Below are positions 26,043-37,560 of a stretch of DNA of 64,000 nucleotides, one piece after another. This DNA comes from Chiloscyllium plagiosum (taxonomy: Eukaryota). The DNA is taken from assembly GCF_004010195.1 (NCBI RefSeq), contig NC_057731.1, positions 17,884,720 through 17,948,719 of the forward strand. The letters run 5' to 3'. Position 1 is the first letter of the stretch. Every line of letters begins with the position of its first letter. The translations under genes were made by a program, and so were the position numbers. The notes beneath the pieces were generated by a model, which was given only the letters and a program-made list of their open reading frames with translations, made no database searches and was not told where the DNA came from.

Positions 26043-26290
26043 AAAAAAAAATCACACAACATCAGCTTATAGTCCAACAGGTTTATTTGGAAGTACTAGC
26101 TTTTGGAGCGTTGCTCCTTCATCAGATGATTGATGATTAGGTGATGATGATGATCAGGTTGACAACCACCTGATGAAGGAGCAGCTCTCCGAAAGCTAGT
26201 GCTTCCAAATAAACCTGTTGGACTATAACGTGGTGTTGTGTGATTTTTACCTTTGTCCACCCCAGTCCAACACCAGCTCCTCCAAATCAT
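26043..26290. mobile_element. Minimal fold-back HHR element (~80-nt arms, ~45-nt (gat)-rich spacer)
   Basis: 26045-26124 is the inverted repeat of 26169-26248. Confidence 0.8.
26167..26201 (+). ncRNA. Minimal type-I hammerhead ribozyme motif, core intact
   Basis: cac-CUGAUGA-a-ggag(cagct)ctcc-GAAA-GCUA^-gtg. Helix I is cac/gtg and a palindromic AGCU replaces helix III. Confidence 0.72.
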
Positions 26291-26657
26291 GAATACAGAA
26301 GTCAGTGCACATTTGACTGTGATCATCAGCAAACCCTGTACTGCTACTAGGATGAAGCAGCAATTACTATCCCTGAAGTGCTACACACCTACTTTGTGTT
26401 AATAGGTTTCTGAAGCATTGTTTCTGATTTTGGGGAGATGTTTGTTGGAAGGACAAAGTTAATTCTGGTGAGTTGTGCTTTTAATGAGATGTGAATGATT
26501 ACAGCTAGACCTCTCCTCACCTACTAGTGACATACTTGACCCAGTACCTGAAGGGGGAGAAGAAAATACTCTCTTAAATTAGCGAGTTTTGAGAAGATTT
26601 GTAGCTCAGGTTGAGGTTTTGGATGTAGGCTTGCTCGCTGAGCTGAAAATTTCATTT

Positions 26658-26697
26658 CCAGACGTTTCGTTACCTTATTAGGTAACATCTTCAGTGG
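26658..26697 (-). ncRNA. Minimal hammerhead ribozyme in PLE pLTR, core intact
   Basis: cca-CUGAAGA-u-gttacct(aata)aggtaac-GAAAC-GUC^-tgg, with a 7-bp helix II. Confidence 0.8.
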
Positions 26698-27298
26698 GCC
26701 TCACACGAAGCAATGCTGAAAATTCCTGCTGTCTATTTATATGTTTGGGTTTCTTTGGGTTGGTGATGTCATTTCCTGTGTTGATGTTATTTCCTGTGGT
26801 GAAGTCACTTCCTGTTCCTTTTCTCAGTGAGTGGTAGATGGCGTCTAACTCGATGTGTTTGTTGATAGAGTTCCGGTTGGAATGCCATGCTTCTATGTCT
26901 TTGTTTGGCTTGTCCTAGGATGGATGTGTTGTCCCTGTCAAAGTGGTGTCCTTCCTCATGTGTATGTGAGGATACTAGTGAGAGAGGGTCATGTCTTTTT
27001 GTGGCTAGTTGATGTTCATGTATCCTGGTGGCTAGTTTTCTGCCTGTTTGTCCAATGTAATGTTTGTTACAGTCCTTGCAGAGTATTTTGTAAATGACGT
27101 TAGTTTTGCTCATTGTCTGTATAGGGTCTTTCAAGTTCATTAGCTGCTGTTTTAGTGTGTTGGTGGGTTTGTGGGCTACCATGATGCCAAGGGGTCTGAC
27201 TAGTCTGGCAGACATTTCCGAGATGTCTTTGATGTAGGGGAGAGTCGCTAGGGTTTCTGGATGTGTTTTGTCTGCTTGTTTGGGTTTGTTGCTGAGGC

Positions 27299-27338
27299 CC
27301 ACTGAAGATGTTACCTAGCAAGGTAACGAAACATCTGG
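27299..27338 (+). ncRNA. Minimal hammerhead ribozyme in second pLTR (GUC changed to AUC)
   Basis: cca-CUGAAGA-u-gttacct(agca)aggtaac-GAAAC-AUC-tgg. Confidence 0.7.
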
Positions 27339-30300
27339 AAATGAACCTTTCAGCTCAGCGAGCAAACCTACATCCAAAACCTCAACCTGAGCCACAAATC
27401 TTCTCAAAACTCACTAAGATCTATGGGCGCAATACACTAAAACTGGCCTGAAAATGGGAAATGAATGCCATCCGACAGAGTGCCACCTGCAAACAGCTGT
27501 ACCTCCTGCACGAATGCCTAAGGAAACAGGTACAACCTAAATGTCTTCAATACAAACCTCCCCTTCATACCCCACTAGCCATAAGAATAGCAGAGCAAAA
27601 CGGCCACAGAATGCTTAGAGAAATGATTAATGATGCCCACAACAGACTCCATAAATACAACCGGGAAATTTTGCATCAAAAATCTTTACTCAGTCATGCA
27701 ACAGACCATGAATGGACAGACACAGTACAACAAGCCGTAGATATTAGATAGCGACAAATACAGAAAATGAAATTAGACCTGCAGAAAAAACTAGACAAAC
27801 TTACACAAAGTAACAACATTGACAACACAGACGCATGGATAAAAAACGTATCTGATCGACCCCTAACAGACACTGAAAAAGCCGTCTTACTGAGAGGATT
27901 AAATTACAACTGACAGGATGTGGACAAGAAAGATTTCTTAGCAGCAATAGAAACAACATTAAAAGACAACCAACTCGCAGAAGAAACCCAACAATCCATC
28001 AAACAGGTAGTTGCACCAACATTAAGCAGAAACAAGGAAGGAAACACACTCAATGCACAAGAAAGGAAAGCACTGGAAAGACTAAAAAGAGATAAAAACA
28101 CTGTTATCCTACCTGTAGACAAAGGACGCTTGACAGTCATTCTAAACCAACGAGACTACATTGAAAAAGGAAACGCACTACTTACAGATATCAACACTTA
28201 CCAACAAGTGGCGATAGACCCGACCCCACAACTAGACAACCGAATCACAGCCCGACTCAAAAAACTTCAGAAATCTGGACAAATAAATAAGACCATACAG
28301 ATCTAACACACCACACTTCTACGGATTACCCAAAATTCACAAACCAGGAGCCCCCCCTCAGGCCCATCAGTCTTGCTACCTGGAACACCAACTTACAGAG
28401 TGGCCAAGGAGCTACACCAAAGACTAAAACACTTAGTAGAAGGCTCACGCCACTCCATCCACTCCATCCAAGAATTCCTGAAGACCAAAGACACTAAGAT
28501 AGAAGAGGATGAAATAATGGTCTCCTTTGATGTAACAGCCCTGTATACTTAAATCAACAGTAACATGGCCAGGGAAACACTGACTACACTATTAGAAGAC
28601 CCAAAGACACATATACAAAACACCACTAACTTCACCAGCAAGGAAAATATCATCAAGCTAGTTGACCTATGCCTTACCACCCACTTCACCTACAACAAAA
28701 ATAACCTACAGACAAACCAATTGGACACCCATGGGATCTCTGATATCAGGATTCTTAGCAGAGGCAATAATGCAGAGACTTGAGCAAACAGCTCTGCTAA
28801 CCATCCAACCCAAACCCTGGGTCCGCTATGTGGATGACACCTTTGTCATCACTAAATGAAACAAGTTAGAGGAAATCTTCAAGACCATCAATAACATGCT
28901 TACTGGCATAAAATTCACTAAAGAGGAGGAAAACAACAACAAACTGCCATTCCTAGCACAATAGAGCGAACAGCCAATGGGGAACTTCAAACCAGCGTCT
29001 ACAGAAAAACAACACATACGGACCAAATATTGAACTCCAGAAACAATCATCCCAACACCCACAAATGAAGCTGCATCAGAACATTATTTCAACAAGCCAA
29101 CACATACTGCAGCACAGAGGAACTACACAGAGCAGAGGAAAATCATCTGATACCATGTATGCAAAAGGAATGGGTACCCAATGAACACATTCCGCTGATT
29201 TCTCAGCAACAAGCCCAACCAAGCAGAGTCAGATGTTTTACTACTTGCCTGATTAAGCTCACCTGCCTGCCATTATTGTCACCTTCTACGAGACTGGAAA
29301 ATCCCTCCTGTACTTCCTGGGGTCAGCCCTGAGGTGTTGGAGCTAAAGACACAGAGGAAGAACAATTTGAGGAGGCGGGAACGCCAGCACTTGATTAGTA
29401 TTCACAGCCACCAGCTTAGATACTGGCACTACACATACCTTGGTGGATAACAATGAGGCACAATTAACATAAAATACTGGGCAGTGCAGTGTTAGATGGA
29501 AAGGCTATGTGCGTGCCAGCCTTGCCAGAGTGTGGGTTTGCAGATTGATTAAGCTGTAGAGGAATTGGGTGAATAGTATTCTTAGTGAGTCAGTCATCTT
29601 GTTGGCAGTCCTTGTCCTCCTCTTCCATATTGACTGTTTTTGCTCTCTGTGCTCCATCTCATTCCAAGGTTACAGTCCAGGAGGGCACAGCAACTAATGT
29701 CGCTATGACCAAGAGCAAGTGGAATGCTCAAGGTTATTTCTCAGGCACCCAACACCTTCCCAATGTCCAGAGTTAATTTACACAGAATTTATTGATTTTT
29801 CCAAATTCCTCTGAAAGCCTAGTATATACACAAATACAGCAAGAGCCAGTAGTCAATAACAGTGACTTTCTGCATCAAATGATTAAGGTCTGGAATGCAC
29901 TGCCTGAAACCGATGGAGGCAGATTCAGCTGAAGCATTCAAATAGGAATGAGACCATCATCTGAAAAGGAAAAATGAGCAGGAGGGAAAGGGGAGGGAAT
30001 GGGAAAGGGGAGGGAGTGGGAATGTGCTTAGAGAGCTGTTCAGACCTGATGGGTTGAATGGCTGCTATCTATGCAGGGCTGATACCGGGACTTTGTGATT
30101 CTACAACTTGCAAGTTGGATGATACTCCCTTTGTATAGCACTCCTGGAGTATGTTCATGCATCTGGTCACATGTTCAGCTGTGTCTCTACGGAGTGTGTT
30201 AACCAGAGTAGCAAGCTGGAAAATAGTAGATTGGGTGCCAAGTTGCCACTAGTCTCTGACTGGCTCCGCAGTCTGCCTACTCTGTCTGTGTTAGTGTTGT

Positions 30301-30509
30301 CAACAACATGACAGTTTCTGCAGACTAGGCCACAAGTGGCTAGGAGCAGTTTTGAATGTATTTTTCACCTGATCTGGCATCCCTATACCAAAACTACAGC
30401 ACCATTGAGCTGGAAGTCTGTGACCAACAAATGATCCAGTGACTTCAAGTATATATTGAATGTGCATTTAATATGGCAGCAAGCTCTTGAGATGAAACAT
30501 GTATTCCAA

Positions 30510-31846
30510 GAAACAAAAACAGAAATTGCTGGAAAAACTCAGCAGGTCTGGCAGCACCTGTGCAAAGAAAGCACAGTTAATGTTTTGAGTCCAGTGACTC
30601 TTCTTCAGAACTGATTAGAGCTAGGAGAAAGAAGGTTGGTATGAATGCTGAAGGTGAGGCGGTGGGGAGAGGCAAGAACTAAACATTAAGTGGAGATGGG
30701 GCCCAGACAGAGAGAAAAAGTTGGACAGACAAATGAATGGATAAAGGTCAGCCTGAGGAAATCAATAGCTGACAATGGGTTGTTTCTGGTAGCAGTCCAT
30801 ATGATGACAAGGCCTGGTTTGTGAGGGTTGAGGTAAAGGAATAGGAGAAGGTGCTCAGGCTCTAACAAACATATTATACAAACTTAATAAACTGATTATT
30901 GAGTCCAGAAGGCTGCAGGATTCCCAAATGGAAAATGAGATGCTGTTCTTGCAGCTTGTACTGAGCCTCGCTGGAGCATTGCAGCAAAACGTAAAACAGA
31001 GACATTGGCCAGAGAACACGGTGATGTGTTAAAAAGGCAGGCCACTGGAGGCAGAGGGTCATTTTTGTGGAAAGAACATGGGTTTTCTGCAAAGTGGCCA
31101 CTCAGTCTGTGCTTCATCTCCCCAGTGTAGTGGAGACCACATTGTGAGCAGTGAATACAGTAGACTAGATTGAGTGAAATGCAGATAAAATGCTTTCACC
31201 TGGAAATTGTGTTTGGGACCTTGGATACTGAGGAGGGAGGAAGTCAATGGGCAGGTGTTACACCTTCTGCGATTGGGTAGGTGCCGTGGAACTGTGTGGA
31301 GGTGTTGAGAGTGAAGGAGGAGTGGACCAAGGTGTTTTAGAGGGAAACAGTACTTGCAGAAGGGGGAGGGGAACATGTCTGTGTGGCATCCTGCTGGAGG
31401 TGGCGGAAGTGGCGGCTTATGATCCTCTGGATGTTGATGCTGATGGGATGGTAGGTGAGGATGAGGGAGACCTTATTGCAGGGAAGTAGAGAGGGGGCGA
31501 GGGCCAAAATGCGAGACATGGGTCAGACTCGGCCCTATCAACCATGGTGTTCGGGAAGAAGAAGAAGGTGGACATTTTGGATGCTCCTTTGTTGAAGTTG
31601 ACATCATTGGTACAGATGTAATGAAGATGGAGGAACTGGGAGAATGGAATAGAGTCTTCGCAGGAAGGAGGGTGTGAGGATGTATAGTCCAGATAACTGT
31701 GGGAGTCAATCGGTTTGTAGTGGGTATTGGTGGCCAGCCTATCCCCAGAAATGGAAACAGAGATGTCGAGGAAGGGAAGGGAGAAGTCAGAGATGGACCA
31801 GGTGAAGGTGAGAGCGGGTTGGAAATTGGAAGCTAAATTGATAAAC
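30510..31846 (-). mobile_element. 5'-truncated Neptune-like PLE (RT C-terminus/thumb, Cys linker, GIY-YIG, 3' end with degenerate HHR at 30575-30612)
   Basis: FLDISVSISGDRLATNTHYKPIDSHSYLDYTSSHP; frameshifted EN; agtt-CTGAAGA-a-gagtc(actg)gactc-aAAA-catt-aact. Confidence 0.85.
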
Positions 31847-31910
31847 AATTATTATAAGATACAGTTAAAGCTTCATCTTTAAGGCTATTGTAATTTCTTA
31901 TCCATAGTTT

Positions 31911-32200
31911 AGATTCCCTATAGTGCGGAAACAGGCCCTTCGGCCCAACAAGTCCACACCGACCCTCTGAAGAGTAACCTGCCCTGACCCATTCCCCTAC
32001 TCCCCACTAATGCACCTATCACAATGGGCAATTTAGGATGGCCAATTCACCTGGCCTGCGCATCTTTGGATTGTGGGAGAAAACCCACGCAGACACGGGG
32101 AGAATGTGCAAACTCCACACAGACAGTCACCTGAGGCTGGAATTGAACCTGGGTCCCTGGTACTGCGAGGCAGCAGTGCTAACCACTGAGCCACCATGCC
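31911..32200 (-). mobile_element. HE1-like V-SINE
   Basis: Reverse-complement homolog of 1811-2150; B box ggttcaattcc. Confidence 0.88.
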
Positions 32201-32424
32201 ATTCTTTTGAGTTGGTTCTTTTGTGTTATTAAATATATCTTACTTGCACGGTAGTTGAAGACTATTTATCTCTCTAATAGAAAGCAGAGCAGAAATGGGG
32301 TGGACATTCAGGAATTGCCAGGGTTTTCTCAGAGAAGGGCCTGGAACCAGTTCTAGCACGCAAATTGTTAACATTAAAATAATGGCACATCTTGTTTCTG
32401 TTTGCTCTTGTTTGCTTGCTCATT

Positions 32425-33285
32425 ATTTCCCTCCCCAGGGATATATTTCCCTCCCCACCCCTCTCCGCCTTCCGCAAAGATTGTTCCCTCCGTGACTACC
32501 TGGTCAGGTCCACGCCCCCCTACGACCCACCCTCCCATCCTGGCACTTTCCCCTGCCACCGCAGGAACTGTAAAACCTGTGCCCACACCTCCTCACTCAC
32601 CTCTATCCAAGGCCCCAAAGGAGCCTTCCACATCCATCAAACTTTTACCTGCACATCCACTAATATCATCTATTGTATCCGTTGCTCCCGATGCGGTCTC
32701 CTCTACATTGGGGAGACTGGACGCCTCCTAGCAGAGCGCTTTAGGGAACATCTCAGAGACACCCGCACCAATCAACCAAATCGCCCAGTGGCCCAACATT
32801 TCAACTCCCCCTCCCACTCTGCCGAGGATATGGAGGTGCTGGGCCTCCTCCACCGCCGCTCCCTCACCACCAGACGCCTAGAGGAAGAACGCCTCATCTT
32901 CCGCCTCGGAACACTTCAACCCCAGGGCATCAATGTGGATTTCAACAGTTTCCTCATTTCCCCTTCCCCCACCTCATCCTGGTTTCTAACCTCCAGCAAC
33001 TCGACTTGTCCGGACTTGTCCGACTTGCCGAGGTCCTTTTCCACCTATCCACTCCACCCTCTCTTCCCTGACCTATCACCTTCATCTCCTTCCCCACTGA
33101 CCTATTGTACTCTATGCTACTTTCTCCCCACCCCCACCCTCCTCTAGCTTATCTCTCCATGCTTCAGGCTCTCTGCCTTTAAGAGCTTTTATTCCTGATG
33201 AAGGGCTTTTGCCCGAAACGTCGATTTTGCCTGTCCTCGGATGCTGCCTGAATTGCTGTGCTCTTCCAGCACCACTAATCCAGAA
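32425..33285 (+). mobile_element. Young 5'-truncated Neptune-like PLE with uninterrupted Cys-linker and GIY-YIG frame
   Basis: Perfect 14-bp TSD tttgcttgctcatt at 32411-32424 and 33286-33299. TFPCHRRNCKTC...NIIYCIRCSRCGLLYIGETGRLLAERFREH...EEERLIFRLGTLQPQGIN. CpG-rich. Confidence 0.93.
33191..33226 (+). ncRNA. Minimal hammerhead ribozyme at PLE 3' end, core intact
   Basis: attc-CUGAUGA-a-gggc(tttt)gccc-GAAAC-GUC^-gatt; predicted cleavage after 33222. Confidence 0.78.
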
Positions 33286-34805
33286 TTTGCTTGCTCATTG
33301 CCAGTAATGCTCGGGAGACTGAGCTGTAAGCCTAGCACCATTGAGCCATCAAAGGTAAGGCAGACAGAAAGAAGAAGAATACAGGGAAATAGAACTTACC
33401 TTTCTTTGATGGCACCTGTTAACATCTGTGAAGCTGAAGGGCTCTGACTACTGTTTTCTCAAAGAAGCTTCTAGTTCTGGTTTCAGTCTAATCCAAGGGC
33501 TAGGCCCTGCCTGCAATGGCAATATATTAAACTAAAGTTAATGGTTTATACTCATAGGCAGTTATAATCTAGGGCAGGAAAAGCACGCTTTTCATGTACT
33601 GGGCTGGATTGGTCCCCAGATAAGAGCAAGAGAATCTGCTGGAGTGTGTCCTAACTCTCTTGTGTAAGTCACTGAAATCTTCAGCTCAAGGTCCAAGCAC
33701 TAAAGCACACAACACTAATTTTCATACAGGGTACAGCACACTCAAAGAGACAGTGGAAGATCTGGACAGTGTGTTAGTGTTAATGCTTCCAAGTAACTTG
33801 ACTGCACCAAATTAGGCAAATATCATAATGTCTCAGGCCGAAATGAGAATAACAAAATGTTAAGCCAACATAAAAATCATTCTCTTGCTGCATTTTAAGG
33901 CTGCTCAATAATAAAGGAACAGTAGGAGGTTTCAAAGCCATAGCATTGAGTTTATCACTTCCAATTACAGGCTTAGCTGACATAATTGCATAATACAGTG
34001 GAACTGTACACACCACATTATAGTCTGGCATTTGTCCAACTTCCCTTTTTTGTTGTTGCAGCTGACTAGGTGGGAGAACTAGGAGACAGGCAGCCTGATC
34101 CATAACGTCTTACTTCCATGTTGCTTCTGCATTTCTACCCAAGTAGAAGGTGTGCTTTTGTTTTTACTTGATGCAAGAATGGTTGAAGGACATCACATAT
34201 GCAAAAGCCTGAAGTTACTGATTATCAATTGTTCAATGTATTACTGTCTTGTTTTTAATTAATCTTATTATAAAACTGGAGATGAATGCTGGCTAAATTG
34301 GCACTGCCATTTAAGAAGCCTTCTGTCATGTGGAAAATCGTTTACACAATCTGAAATATGTTCAGCAATTTTTTGTTTGGAGAGTTGCTGGTAACATTTT
34401 CTGAAATCAACACACTTGAAAAACGAGTGAACTGACATCTTCATACAAGTGGCAGCCTGTCGCCGTGCTAAAAATATATAACAAGCAATTGCTATCAGCT
34501 TTATTCTACCTCACAGCATAAACCATCTGGTGCCATGCATCAGAAGGCAGCTACACCGTACTTTAAATGTAATGGAAGAATTGAAGGATGAGCCTGAAAA
34601 ACAAATTGGAGGATGCACCTCTAAAAAAAGAGTAGTTCCCATCAAAATCATCCCAAAAATTAACAAAATATTGTCTTTAGGCTGAATATGGGACCCAATT
34701 CATAAACATGTTACCAGCTGGTAAAATCATACATACATTTAATGGAAATATTTAAATTCCAAATTCAAACCATGTTTACAATAATCTTGCCACTACTAAC
34801 CTAAT

Positions 34806-35020
34806 GTTGACAAAGTCAGAAGTCACTTGACACCAGGTTATAGTCCAATAGGTTTATTTGAAATCACAAACTTTTGGAGGGCTGCTCCAATCAGGTGAAA
34901 GTACCTCCACATTTCATTTCAGCTCTGATGAAGAGTCACTTGGATCAAAATGTTAGTTTGATTTCTCTCCATGGATTCTGCCTGACCCGTTATGATCGCC
35001 AGCATTTTCTGTTTTCAGGA
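34806..35020. mobile_element. Back-to-back PLE 3' ends of two families, each with a decayed HHR
   Basis: Fold-back-family arm on - (34806-34900); agct-CTGATGA-a-gagtc...aAAA-tgtt-agtt on + (34921-34958). Confidence 0.6.
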
Positions 35021-36029
35021 TTTACTAAATCACATTTCAAACTTGATTGGTGCCACTTTGCCAATTCTGACAATCCAATTGAGAATGATTGAGTTCATTT
35101 AGATTCTTGTGATGGAATTAAGGATCTATTCTATTTCTGATTCTAATTTCTATATTTTTCTTTCTATTTTAGTTAGCAATACAACAAATTCCATTATGCT
35201 CAATGAGAAGGGATTTCAGTGTCTTATTTTTATGTGTATAATTGCATGTGTCTGAGTGAAATGTTGTCCAAATCAAGTCTTTAGTATTGTTTAAATCCAG
35301 TTTATATAACTGAGTGCTCTGTTTTTCCAGTTTTCTCTCCTTTCTTGAATGATAATGTCACATTTGCTACTTTCCAAACCAACAGGATTGTTCCAGAATC
35401 TAGGGAAATGTGAAATATCATAAGCAATGCATTCTTTATTGCTGTGATCACCTCTTTTAGAATACTACAATGGAAGTGGCAAAAATGGGTTCAGTGGCTC
35501 CCATTTCTTGGGCAAACCCGTCCCTCTAACTTTCCAGCACTACAATTTTGGAGCTCCCTACTCTGTATCACTGCCCTCTCTTAATCCTGCATATGACATT
35601 AAGCAGAATTAATAAGCACCAACCAATATTATTTGTGGGGATCATGGACCACTTGAAGGTCAGTTGTTGATTTAGTTCTTCCAGTTGTTGTTACAAATCT
35701 ACTTTATTTTGTTGCTATCAAGCTTTAGAAGTTTACAGAAATGTGGCAGGTGCTAAAGTACTTTTTGCCGACTTCGGTACAAACCAATCATGTCCAAACA
35801 TGAGAGTACAGGGAGGCCTGTATCGTGAAACTGAGCATGACTGAGAGATTGACCAAGGGCACACAGAGTGGTCCAAACTGCTATAAGAAGGAGGAGACCT
35901 GAAGGACTCACTGGAGGAGACCATATATTCTGAGGTTATTTAGGAATCAATTCCTGCAATTGAGCCTCAGTTTGTATAACGTTTGTATAATTGACGTCTA
36001 CATCTCAGTAAATAGATTATTAGAATTCT

Positions 36030-36725
36030 TGTGATACATTGGGTAATGTAGCTTTGGGCCAGGAGGACTGTGTTCAAGTTCCATTTTATCCAGTGTATGC
36101 AATAGCAGGTTAGTTAGAAAATATCTATACCCACCTTTGTTCCAGATACTTCAACACCTTTGAGGGAAAAGGAAATGCTACAGTGGTAATGGAACTGAGC
36201 TAATTATCCGCAAATCCATTCTAACTTTCTGGGGATATGGGATCAAATCCCACCAGGGCAGATGGAGAAATTTGAAAGGGGTTTTGAGGTGCAGTGGTAG
36301 TATTTATACCTTTTGACCTAGAGCCCTGGGTTCTAGTCCCACCAGCTCTGTATAATAACATCTCTGAACAAGTTGCTCAGTAAATATCTAACCAGGTTAT
36401 TTCTGAAAAATGCCTCCTGCTGCAGTCACAACTCTAACCTCAGAACAGAGCAAGGCCTGTGTTATTGGGTGAAGGTGACATGCCTTAATGTTTTGTACAT
36501 GTTAAAAATTTGTTAATTGGATGTTAACATTGCTGGCTTAGCCAGCATTTATGGCCCAATCCTCATTGCCTTAACTGAATGATTTGCTAATCTTTTCTGA
36601 GTCAGTTAAGAGTCAACCATATTGTTGTCGGTCTGGTGTTATGTTTAGGCTTGACTGAGTAAAGATGGCAGATTTCCTTCCCTGAAGGATATTAGTGAAC
36701 TAGATGGTTTTTATGACAAACTGTA
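36030..36725. mobile_element. Cluster of old tRNA-derived SINE heads and fragments
   Basis: Three A/B-box-like heads (~36030, ~36178, ~36287; B-like gttcaagttcc, ggatcaaatccc, ggttctagtccc), plus a minus-strand SINE body at 36510-36725 homologous to 53380-53550. Confidence 0.5.
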
Positions 36726-36729
36726 TTGG

Positions 36730-37560
36730 TAATTGGTTCCTTCCAAGCTGGTGCAAGAACTATTAGCGACACTGAGCAGTTTGCAGTCCACTATTATATA
36801 GGTGAGGCCACTAAGGCTCTCTGTTCAAAGGAAGATAATTTCATTTTAAGGGTACGAAAGGGTTGCAGGCTTTCTTGTAGTATAATGCTCATTCGATGCT
36901 TTGTCTGTGGCTCTTGGCACCTCTGGTTTGTATTTGAAGTGGGGCGGGGGTGGGGGGGGCGGTTCCACTCCCTCAATGTCAACTGATATGTGACTATTGA
37001 CAGCATAAAGGTAAAGTTATCATGGTCCTACTGGACCATTGGGCAGCTCTCTCAGTAGAGACAGAGACAATTGTTGGTGGTTTGACTGGAGGCCATTGAC
37101 AGGAGAGGCTGAGAAGGAAGGTCTTTCATGGTAATCTCAGCCGGTGTGGGAATTGAACCCATGCTTTTGGCCTCACTCAGCATTGATAACTAACCTTTCA
37201 AGCTAAATGACTCCTCACAAACAGTGTATCATGTAGGTCAATGCCCAGTATCTTGACAGCAGTCATGACATATTCATTCTGTGGCAGTTTACTACTCTAG
37301 CTGTATTTCAGTCCCAGTGACATGCCAAAGGATGGATACTTGGCTACAAGAGCTATCTGCTGATGCATGTCTCATGAGCTGGTTAACAACACCAGTATTT
37401 GTATAATCAGAACTATGCTGTTGCACAAAATATAAAACAGCAGCAGATCACTGTCTTGCTGAAGGAGCCATTTTGCTCCTTAGACTGCTCCAGTATCGGT
37501 CTGGAAAACATGACTGTGGGTCTCAGTATTGATGGCCACCTGCACCATGTTGCACCATAT
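36730..37560 (+). pseudogene. Decayed PIF/Harbinger DDE transposase
   Basis: Motifs in the expected order: GSFQAGA...QFAVH, VAGF, FHSLNV(Q)LICD, AQYLDSSHDIFIL (cf. ARYPGSSHDAFIL), GWILGYKSY (cf. GWLLGDKGY), YNQNYA...LKEPFCSLD (cf. YN..H...LK.RFRCLD). Interrupted by a SINE. Confidence 0.75.
37007..37215 (-). mobile_element. tRNA-derived SINE inserted in the Harbinger transposase
   Basis: B box gggttcaattcc on - strand at ~37150-37161; it separates contiguous transposase motifs. Confidence 0.6.

Larger units (their letters stand above)
26578..29226. mobile_element. Near full-length Penelope/Poseidon-type PLE with inversion: GIY-YIG EN and 3' pLTR on - (26578-27296), 5' pLTR, N-terminus and RT on + (27294-29226)
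   Basis: NVIYKILCKDCNKHYIGQTGRKLATRIHEH (GIY-YIG); VDKGRLTVILN; TPMGSLISGFLAE; WVRYVDDTF. The ~120-bp pLTR is at 26578-26702 (-) and 27294-27416 (+). Multiple stops and frameshifts. Confidence 0.92.

Noticed and set aside
23400-26570. Possible additional Harbinger-related remnants (also 29230-30500 and 43140-45270)
   Set aside because: Only faint motif impressions; no ordered set of motifs could be read.
32392-33147. 251-aa ORF as a host or domesticated GIY-YIG gene
   Set aside because: Its start codon lies in flanking DNA outside the TSD; it is simply a young truncated PLE.
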